NCBI GenBank assembly: GCA_017615795.1
Contig: JAFZZK010000020.1
Location: 93,155-157,154 of the forward strand
Direction of reading: 5' to 3'
DNA from: Bacteroidales bacterium
GTDB lineage: Bacteria > Bacteroidota > Bacteroidia > Bacteroidales > WCHB1-69
DNA length: 64,000 nt
Position 1 is the first letter of the stretch, and every line of letters starts with the position of its first letter. Below the pieces are notes generated by a model. The model was not told the origin of the DNA. It worked only from the letters and a program-made list of their open reading frames with translations, and ran no database searches. The translations under genes and the position numbers were made by a program. Shown here one piece after another: positions 45,079-51,968 of the stretch.

Positions 45079-45227
45079 ACGAATAATTTGTATTTTCAGT
45101 TTGCAAAAATACAAATTTTCCAATATCTGAATTGATTTAAAAACAGAAAAAAACGTCGAAATTCTTCTGGACCAAATCGCGGGTGCAACTTTTCGACAAG
45201 CGCGTGGGCAACGCATTATAGGAGACG
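45079..45227. repeat. Duplicated promoter/operator module, copy Y (upstream of abiEi, in the divergent region with the ECF sigma gene)
   Basis: Half-sites CGCGGGTGCAAC (45178..45189) and CGCGTGGGCAAC (45201..45212), the same 23-bp period as copy X. Confidence 0.8.
45104..45111 (-). promoter_or_regulatory. -7 promoter box (TATTTTTG on minus strand) for abiEi-abiEii
   Basis: Plus-strand CAAAAATA, 29 nt upstream of the ATG. Confidence 0.55.
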
Positions 45228-45252
45228 TAACGATTTTTTTGTCACATTTTTG

Positions 45253-45260
45253 TATTTTTG
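45253..45260 (+). promoter_or_regulatory. -7 promoter box (TATTTTTG) for the ECF sigma gene
   Basis: Exact TAnnTTTG, 54 nt upstream of the ATG. Confidence 0.5.
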
Positions 45261-45313
45261 CGTCACCTATTTTGTAGGGCCGTATCGCATACGCCCGCTG
45301 GCAATATACCAAA

Positions 45314-46486
45314 ATGGATAAGGCGAAATTCTGGGAACGGAAATACCGACGCAATCTCGGCAGGATTGTCGGAATCTGCTACCGCTACGTCAACGACCGG
45401 GCGGTGGCAGAGGACCTGGCGCAGGACGTTTTCGTGAAGGCTATGGAGAAGTTCACGACCATCCGCGCCATCGGACGCTTTGACGCCTGGCTGACCCATA
45501 TCGCCGTGAACCATTGCATCGACCACCTGCGCCGACAACCGGATTTCGTGCCGATAGAACTTGAGAGCATAGCCGAAACCTCCACGAAAGAAGAAATGGT
45601 GTGGACAGCGGATTTTACGGAGGAGGAATTGCTGGAGGCTATCGGGCAACTACCTGAGATTCAGCGTACCGTGTTCAACCTCCACGCTATGGAGCGATAC
45701 TCGCACCGGCGCATCGCGGGAATGTTGGGCATCTCGGCGGACAACGCCCGGCAACTGCACCACCGCGCCCGCGAGCGGCTGTGCCAAATGCTCGCCGACC
45801 GACACAAAGAGAAGGAAAAACGCAAAAAAGGACTATTGTTTATGATCATTTTGTTTGCTTCGTTGAAACGCGCCCACGCAAACCCACGCCGCATCGACCG
45901 CCTCTACCGTTCGCGGTTGTCGGGATATAGGATGGAACCTGCCAATGTAGAGTCGCACCCCGGCACGTCTCTACAGGCGCATCTGCGGGACACAGATGCC
46001 CACCATATCTCCACCAGCCTCGCCACGCAAAAAAACGCCATCCTCCTCATTACGGCGGCGGGTGTCGCAGGCGTCACGGGCGGCGCCATCGGGTTTCAGA
46101 TTGGGAGGAACACGACACCGGTATCGGGTTCGGGGAACGGTCCCGTTGTGGTAGAGACGCAATGCATTGCGTCTCTACCAGACACGACAGACGGCCATCA
46201 CGTTATCGGAACCAATAATCATTCATCCCTATGGACCAAAACCGTTCCTACACGCACCGGAAATGTGAAAATTCCCGTGGAGGTAGAGACGTTTCATGAA
46301 ACGTCTCTACAGGAGACATCCTTACCTAAAACATCCCCACACCCCCAAAACGTCACGGCCTCCGTCCCCGTTCCCGACACCACCCCCATCATCATCACCA
46401 CAAGAATTCCCGTCCGCCAAACCGTTGTGATTCGGGACACCACCTCCATCTCCGACACCGTTTTTCTAATAAAGAATGAAGAATGA
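45314..46486 (+). CDS. ECF-type sigma-70 factor fused to a ~215-aa membrane-spanning low-complexity C-terminal extension
   Basis: Region 2 (DLAQDVFVKAMEKF...FDAWLTHIAVNHCIDHLRR) and region 4 (LPEIQRTVFNLHAMERYSHRRIAGMLGISADNARQLHHRARERL) occupy about the first 170 aa. TM segments GLLFMIILFASL and AILLITAAGVAGVTGGAIGF follow. The stop overlaps the next start (ATGA). Confidence 0.7.
   Translation: MDKAKFWERKYRRNLGRIVGICYRYVNDRAVAEDLAQDVFVKAMEKFTTIRAIGRFDAWLTHIAVNHCIDHLRRQPDFVPIELESIAETSTKEEMVWTADFTEEELLEAIGQLPEIQRTVFNLHAMERYSHRRIAGMLGISADNARQLHHRARERLCQMLADRHKEKEKRKKGLLFMIILFASLKRAHANPRRIDRLYRSRLSGYRMEPANVESHPGTSLQAHLRDTDAHHISTSLATQKNAILLITAAGVAGVTGGAIGFQIGRNTTPVSGSGNGPVVVETQCIASLPDTTDGHHVIGTNNHSSLWTKTVPTRTGNVKIPVEVETFHETSLQETSLPKTSPHPQNVTASVPVPDTTPIIITTRIPVRQTVVIRDTTSISDTVFLIKNEE
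45947..45974. repeat. Palindromic element, GTAGAGTCG-N10-CGTCTCTAC, inside the sigma-extension ORF
   Basis: 8 of 9 arm positions are complementary. Spacer CACCCCGGCA. Confidence 0.75.
46150..46179. repeat. Perfect 30-nt palindrome GGTAGAGACGCAATG|CATTGCGTCTCTACC inside the sigma-extension ORF
   Basis: Read directly from the sequence. Core arms GTAGAGACG / CGTCTCTAC with a self-complementary 10-nt spacer. Confidence 0.9.
46283..46310. repeat. Perfect 28-nt palindrome GTAGAGACGTTTCA|TGAAACGTCTCTAC inside the sigma-extension ORF
   Basis: Read directly from the sequence. In the same reading frame as the two previous copies (offsets of 204 and 132 nt). Confidence 0.9.
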
Positions 46487-47271
46487 AAAATAATAGAGAC
46501 ACCTTCCTTGAGCAGCCTCGGAGAGGCAACACGCACGGAGCGCAATTAACCCTCGTCCTTCTCATCCTCGCTCTCGCCCACCCTCTCGCCGCGCAGCACC
46601 GCGACACCCTCTATGTGGTCGAGGAGGAGCCCGTCTATGACACCCTCTTCGTACACGACACACTTCACACTTACGACACGGTCAGCCTTGATGAACACAT
46701 CCACAGCAAGTATCCCAAAAAAGAATTAAGCATTTCGTATGGCGTGTTCCCAATCATAGGGGTTTTTAACTTCGGAGAATACCGGGTATTTCGCGAATTT
46801 GACGATCTGTGTCCTTTCTTAGAAAAACAACCCATTCTATCGGGCAGTGTGAATCTGCAATACCACCATTATTTCAACAAATACAACGTGTTGAACATCG
46901 ATGTTTCGTGGGCTATGTACAAACACCACAATATGATAGCGGTGGAGAACAGCTACAAATATGGCAACCAATACTTGCATTTTATCTCTGCACAGATAGG
47001 CTACAGCATCTATTATTTCCACAAGGGAAAAGTGACTTTATACTCCTCCGTATATCTTGGCGGAACGCTTTATTACATCGGAACCCTATGGGATCATTAC
47101 GACACACACTATGCGGAGTACCTTATGGGGACTAGCCCAGTGATGACACTCAAACCGGCTTTGCACATCAACTGGGTCGGCATCCGGATAGGCGAACACA
47201 ACGCCGCCACCTTTGAACTCGGATTCGGCACGCAGGGAGTACTGAAATTTGGGTATAGTTACCGATTTTAA
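46483..47271 (+). CDS. Outer-membrane beta-barrel protein (porin-like), hypothetical
   Basis: 262 aa. Signal-like LTLVLLILALAHPLAAQ, alternating aromatic beta-strands, terminal ELGFGTQGVLKFGYSYRF. Confidence 0.65.
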   Translation: MKNNRDTFLEQPRRGNTHGAQLTLVLLILALAHPLAAQHRDTLYVVEEEPVYDTLFVHDTLHTYDTVSLDEHIHSKYPKKELSISYGVFPIIGVFNFGEYRVFREFDDLCPFLEKQPILSGSVNLQYHHYFNKYNVLNIDVSWAMYKHHNMIAVENSYKYGNQYLHFISAQIGYSIYYFHKGKVTLYSSVYLGGTLYYIGTLWDHYDTHYAEYLMGTSPVMTLKPALHINWVGIRIGEHNAATFELGFGTQGVLKFGYSYRF

Positions 47272-47287
47272 CGAAAAACATTTGAAT

Positions 47288-48001
47288 ATGAAAAATAATC
47301 TACCTTTGTTCGTTTTAGCGGTTCTTTTACTTGCATCCTGCCGCGAAAAGGAGCCCGTGGTTAAAGTCATAGAGAATGCTGTTACTGACTATGACGGAAA
47401 CACATACAACGCCGTACAAATCGGCAAACAAGTCTGGATGAAAGAAAACCTGCGCACAACGCATTATGCTGACGGGACACCTGTGGGCAGTGACGACATC
47501 TGTAGCGTTGAACAGCGTGCAAACACATCTGAAGAATATGGCTTTCTGTATTCCGATGAGGCTGCTGCACTGGGTGGGTCGTACAACAATGATGCCTCCA
47601 ACTCTGTTCAGGGAATCTGCCCTGATGGTTGGCATCTTCCCTCCCGATATGAATGGCTGGTGTTAAGCCGGTATGTGCAACAATTCACTGATGATGTTGT
47701 GGGTGCGCTCTCCGCGCCAGCAGGTTGGGACCTGGACACAAACGGCATCCACAACACGTCTGATATCAACAGCTTCCAATTTTCAGCTCTCCCTTCCCGA
47801 AGAATCGAATACTATTCATACAGCAAACCTGTCGGATGCTTCTGGTCATCTACCGTTTATCAGACGGACGGGTTACGCCCACCCGTAATCTATACGTATG
47901 ATATGACCGTGATGGATTATTACAACAACACACAACTTTACTTTTTCCGCTATGGCGGTATGTTCCCGTTTGCTTCCGTCCGATGTGTGCGAGACAAATA
48001 A
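47288..48001 (+). CDS. FISH-domain (Fibrobacter succinogenes major paralogous domain) lipoprotein
   Basis: Lipobox LLLASC. DYDGNTYNAVQIGKQVWMKENL, GICPDGWHLPSRYEW, FSALPS, FWSST and the terminal VRCVRD. Confidence 0.85.
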   Translation: MKNNLPLFVLAVLLLASCREKEPVVKVIENAVTDYDGNTYNAVQIGKQVWMKENLRTTHYADGTPVGSDDICSVEQRANTSEEYGFLYSDEAAALGGSYNNDASNSVQGICPDGWHLPSRYEWLVLSRYVQQFTDDVVGALSAPAGWDLDTNGIHNTSDINSFQFSALPSRRIEYYSYSKPVGCFWSSTVYQTDGLRPPVIYTYDMTVMDYYNNTQLYFFRYGGMFPFASVRCVRDK

Positions 48002-48015
48002 TCTAAACCAGCCTT

Positions 48016-48657
48016 ATGAATAAAAAGATTATCCTTATCAGTATATTGTCGCTGTTCTGCTGGCACATTTCCGGTCAAGAAAACGATCAACAGCCATCTG
48101 ATTTTCGACGCAATGAAATCGGTATGTCCATTGGTGCTTTCTCACAGCCATCCATATTTTATGCCGGTTCGGAAGTCATTCCCGTCTTTTATGAAGGGTA
48201 TAAGGTTGAGAATAAAATAATGTGCCAGTACAATATTGGTTCGTTTTCACTTTACTACCGATATCATTTCACAGAGCGCCTTAGTTTGGGTATTGTATCT
48301 ACATTACTGTTCAGCAAAATAGTGGATAAATACAATGTGGAAGACCATTCCGGTTTTTTTACTTTTTGGACCTTGGAACCACAGTTCCGTTTTACCTATA
48401 AAAGATTCAAACATTGCGCTCTCTATATGGGAGGGGCTTTAGGTCTCGCCTTCCGTATCGCCAGCAATGACAAACTTCCCTATTGGGATACAGCCGGAGG
48501 CGGTTGGTTCTCAATCAGCTACGGAAGTTTTTTTGTTATGCCGTCTTCGCACATCACATTCTTCGGCATCTCTCTCGGCAAGGACAACGTCGCCAATATT
48601 GAGCTGGGGTTCGGCACACAGGGAATCTTGAATGTGGGGTACAGTCGGAAGTTTTAA
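48016..48657 (+). CDS. Outer-membrane beta-barrel protein, paralog of 46483..47271
   Basis: 213 aa with a signal peptide. The C-terminus IELGFGTQGILNVGYSRKF parallels the earlier gene. Confidence 0.65.
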   Translation: MNKKIILISILSLFCWHISGQENDQQPSDFRRNEIGMSIGAFSQPSIFYAGSEVIPVFYEGYKVENKIMCQYNIGSFSLYYRYHFTERLSLGIVSTLLFSKIVDKYNVEDHSGFFTFWTLEPQFRFTYKRFKHCALYMGGALGLAFRIASNDKLPYWDTAGGGWFSISYGSFFVMPSSHITFFGISLGKDNVANIELGFGTQGILNVGYSRKF

Positions 48658-48904
48658 TCCGTAGAGACACCATCATCCGCCAGCACGCACCATTCCAGGA
48701 CTCACTCCGTTCGTTTCGTGTGGGGTCACAATAATGTCGTGCTTCCTCCCTGCGGCACACAAGGACACTCCATTTTTTAAGCTGGTACAAGGTCGTTATG
48801 GACCCGGCAGAGCGAAATCAGCGATATTTCAAGGCCGTTGTTTTATCTGCGACAAAGAAAAGATTTAAAAAAAAATCCCCCGTTGCGGATATCAATAAAT
48901 TTTA

Positions 48905-48912
48905 TACCTTTG
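48905..48912 (+). promoter_or_regulatory. -7 promoter box (TACCTTTG) for gdhA
   Basis: Exact TAnnTTTG, 63 nt upstream of the ATG. Confidence 0.55.
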
Positions 48913-48974
48913 CACCCGCTTTCAAAAGCGAAAAATTGTTCTACAACTAACCTAATTTTTTAAATTTCAATAAT

Positions 48975-50318
48975 ATGAAAGTAAATGAAATCATGGCCAA
49001 CCTGGAGGCCAAACATCCTGGTGAGAATGAGTATTTGCAGGCCGTTCGCGAAGTCCTGGAAACGATTGAAGAAGAATACAACAAGCACCCCGAATTCGAG
49101 GCTGCCAAGATCGTTGAGCGTATTGTAGAGCCCGATCGTATCTTCACATTCCGCGTGACTTGGGTAAACGACAAGGGTGAGGTTTGCACAAACCTCGGTT
49201 ACCGCGTCCAATTCAACGCCGCTCTCGGCGCATACAAAGGCGGTCTCCGTTTCCACAAGGCTGTTAACGTCTCCATGTTGAAGTTCTTAGGTTTCGAACA
49301 GATCTTCAAAAACTCTCTGACCAATCTGCCTCTCGGCGGTGGCAAGGGTGGTTCCGATTTCGATCCCGTTGGCAAGAGCGACGCTGAAATCATGCGTTTC
49401 TGCCAGGCCTTCATGTATGAGCTGTGGCGCAACATCGGTCCGGATCAGGACAGCCCTGCAGGCGACGTGGGTGTCGGCGGTCGTGAGATCGGCTACCTCT
49501 ACGGTGCTTACAAGAAACTCGCCCGCGAGCATTCCACCGGTGCCCTCACCGGCAAGAGCTACGGCTGGGGTGGTTCCCTCATCCGTCCGGAAGCTACTGG
49601 CTTCGGCGCCATCTACTATGTGGAGCGCATGGTGAAAGAACAAGGTGACAAGATGGAAGGCAAGCGCATCGCCCTCTCCGGCTTCGGCAACGTGGCTTGG
49701 GGTGCTGCCATCAAGGCTACCGAACTCGGCGCCAAGGTTGTCGCCCTCTCCGGTCCCGACGGCGTGTGCGAACTCCCTGAAGGCATCACCAAGGAAATGA
49801 TCGACTATATGCTCGACATGCGTGCTTCCAACCGCAACAAAGTTGAGGACATGGCCACCAAGTTCCCGGGCAAGGCTGTCTTCACTCCTGGCAAGAAGGC
49901 TTGGATGGTGAAGTGCGACATCGCTTGTCCTTGCGCTTTCCAGAACGAGCTCGCCGAAGAAGATGCCAAGGAACTCATCGCCAATGGCGTGAAGTATGTG
50001 GCTGAAGTCTCCAACATGGGTTGCCAACCCGGAGCTATCGCAGCTTTCCAAGCTGCCAAGATCCCGTTCGGACCTGGTAAGGCTGTCAACGCCGGTGGTG
50101 TTGCCACCTCTGGCCTCGAGATCTGCCAGAACGCCGGCCACATCAACTGGACGGCTCCTGAGGTTGACGCTAAGCTGCACAAGATCATGAACGACATCTA
50201 TGACATGTGCGTTGAGCACGGTCGTCAGGCTGACGGCACCATCAACTATGTGAAGGGTGCTAACATCGCCGGTTTCATGCGCGTTGCAAAAGCTATGCTC
50301 GCCCAAGGCATCATCTAA
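48975..50318 (+). CDS. gdhA: Glutamate dehydrogenase (NAD(P)-dependent, hexameric GdhA type)
   Basis: 447 aa. EYLQAV.EVL..IE, RVQFN.ALG.YKGGLRFH, and the catalytic-Lys region PLGGGKGGSDFDP. Confidence 0.95.
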   Translation: MKVNEIMANLEAKHPGENEYLQAVREVLETIEEEYNKHPEFEAAKIVERIVEPDRIFTFRVTWVNDKGEVCTNLGYRVQFNAALGAYKGGLRFHKAVNVSMLKFLGFEQIFKNSLTNLPLGGGKGGSDFDPVGKSDAEIMRFCQAFMYELWRNIGPDQDSPAGDVGVGGREIGYLYGAYKKLAREHSTGALTGKSYGWGGSLIRPEATGFGAIYYVERMVKEQGDKMEGKRIALSGFGNVAWGAAIKATELGAKVVALSGPDGVCELPEGITKEMIDYMLDMRASNRNKVEDMATKFPGKAVFTPGKKAWMVKCDIACPCAFQNELAEEDAKELIANGVKYVAEVSNMGCQPGAIAAFQAAKIPFGPGKAVNAGGVATSGLEICQNAGHINWTAPEVDAKLHKIMNDIYDMCVEHGRQADGTINYVKGANIAGFMRVAKAMLAQGII

Positions 50319-50340
50319 TCCTCATTGGATTACTCCAAAA

Positions 50341-50371
50341 AAAAGGCCACTTTATTGTGGCCTTTTTTTTT
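50341..50371 (+). terminator. Rho-independent terminator after gdhA
   Basis: A-run, stem GGCCAC / GTGGCC with loop TTTATT, then a T9 run. Confidence 0.85.
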
Positions 50372-50550
50372 GCAATGAAATAGAAGTTGACCTGTTGGCT
50401 GATAGCCTCTGGCTATTGGATTTAATGTCAACATTTTAACAAAGTCCGCACAGAAGTGCGGGCATCTTAAAACTCCCCTTCTTTTTAAGAAGGGGTGGCC
50501 GTAGGCCGGGGTAGTAATATAAAGAATCAGAATACTTTAGCACGAGAAAA

Positions 50551-50967
50551 ATGACAATTATCCACGGCATTGGAATCAAAGATCGCCCCGTCCATAATCT
50601 CCCTGCAAATTCGAACTTGTCGGATTATGCCCGTAATAACCGAAAGGCCGGCAATATGACAGAAATCGTGTTTTGGCTTCAGGTGCACAGGAAAATGTTC
50701 CACGGGCTCGATTTTGACAGGCAGAAGGGAATTGGGAACTACATTGTTGATTTCTATGTGAAACGGCTTGGCCTTGCTGGGGAAATTGACGGCGGCTCGC
50801 ACAACGAAAAGCTGGATTACGATGCACAGCGCGACAATTTTTTGGAAGGACTTGGGTTAAGGGTGTTCCACACAACGAATTATGATGTGTTGCAACATGT
50901 GGATTTGGTGCTGGAGGATTTACGATACTTCATTGTCAAACATTACGAACACGAAGAGAATCCATAA
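50551..50967 (+). CDS. DUF559 (Vsr-like endonuclease fold) domain protein
   Basis: 138 aa. FDRQK.IGNYIVDFYV..L.LA.EIDGGSH......D..RD..L...G..V. is the typical DUF559 block. Confidence 0.8.
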   Translation: MTIIHGIGIKDRPVHNLPANSNLSDYARNNRKAGNMTEIVFWLQVHRKMFHGLDFDRQKGIGNYIVDFYVKRLGLAGEIDGGSHNEKLDYDAQRDNFLEGLGLRVFHTTNYDVLQHVDLVLEDLRYFIVKHYEHEENP

Positions 50968-51102
50968 GGAATAAAATCAATATTAACTACCCCGCCCTTC
51001 GGGCACCTGTTGAAGGATACGCCTTCTTTTCCTCATCACTCGGCAGAGGCAAAACCAGCTTTGCCTTTTTTATCGGTTATCTTCTTGACTCTTTAAAAAC
51101 CA

Positions 51103-51795
51103 TCAGAACTTCATCACCCTCTTGCGCAATGCGTAATACGCCTCCTCGTTGAAACGGTAATGCTTAGGGACACCGCGCTTGCCGCCGCCCTCTTCTACAG
51201 CATCCACCAAGCCGAGGTTCAAGAACCGCTTCTGAAAGTTACGCCGGTCGAAGCCATGGCCGAAAACATCCGTATAGAGACGCTGCATATCGGGGATGGT
51301 GAACGTTTCACCCAGCAGCTGGAACGCGATGGGGATAAGATGGAAACCTATGCGCAGATGTATGATGGCCTTGCGGAAGATCTCCGCATGGTCAAACGCC
51401 AGCGGGGGAAGGTCGCATACAGGGAACCAGACGGCTCGCGCGGCATCATCGCCCGCTACCGCCAAATCCTTGGTGCCCGGCGCCACCACGGAATAGAACC
51501 CCGCACTGATCACCCTGCCCCGTGGATCCCGATCCACACCACTGAATACCCCGATCTCCTCCATGTATAACGCCTCTATCCCCGTCTCTTCCTTCAACTC
51601 CCGACGCGCAGCCTCCTCCAGAGTCTCATGCTCCTCCAGAAAACCACCCGGGAACGCCCAATGGCCACGGTATGGGTCGTTCTTCCGCTCAATCAGCAAG
51701 ACATTGAGATGCTCGCCGTCGAAACAAAAGACCACATTGTCGGCTGTCACAGCCGGACGCCAGTATTCATAACAAAAATTTCCCTCCTTTGCCAT
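51103..51795 (-). CDS. Nudix hydrolase fused to C-terminal winged-helix domain (NrtR-like regulator)
   Basis: Nudix box GGFLEEHETLEEAARRELKEETG. The C-terminal ~90 aa (F.I.DMQRLY..V.G...D.RNF.K....GL) resembles the NrtR DNA-binding domain. Confidence 0.75.
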   Translation of the reverse strand: MAKEGNFCYEYWRPAVTADNVVFCFDGEHLNVLLIERKNDPYRGHWAFPGGFLEEHETLEEAARRELKEETGIEALYMEEIGVFSGVDRDPRGRVISAGFYSVVAPGTKDLAVAGDDAARAVWFPVCDLPPLAFDHAEIFRKAIIHLRIGFHLIPIAFQLLGETFTIPDMQRLYTDVFGHGFDRRNFQKRFLNLGLVDAVEEGGGKRGVPKHYRFNEEAYYALRKRVMKF

Positions 51796-51846
51796 TACTT
51801 TTGTATTCTATGGTATCAATTTATTTGCATAAAGAATAAATCGGGG

Positions 51847-51854
51847 CAAAGATA
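51847..51854 (-). promoter_or_regulatory. -7 promoter box (TATCTTTG on minus strand) for the NrtR-like gene
   Basis: Plus-strand CAAAGATA, about 52 nt upstream of the ATG. Confidence 0.5.
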
Positions 51855-51968
51855 CATTTTTTTTGAATACAAGTGTACTTTATACACAACCATCGGTGGT
51901 CAATGGCTGATATTTTCCAACAAAAAAAGGCCCCCGATTGGAAGCCTTCTTTTTATCAAGCACAGGGT

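Noticed and set aside
45076-45354. 93-codon N-terminal extension of the abiEi ORF, plus the small ORFs 43331..43621, 43359..43631 and 43502..43693
   Set aside because: These frames translate the duplicated promoter/operator module and the palindromic element (e.g. CPRACRKVAPAI, GDAPWHVST, MARLY). They contain the -7 boxes themselves and are most simply non-coding repeats.
45947-46310. Possible CRISPR array from the repeated palindromes
   Set aside because: There are only three copies with irregular spacing (204 and 132 nt). The units are themselves full palindromes of 28-30 nt with variable centres, and no cas genes or leader are present. The region is an uninterrupted ORF.
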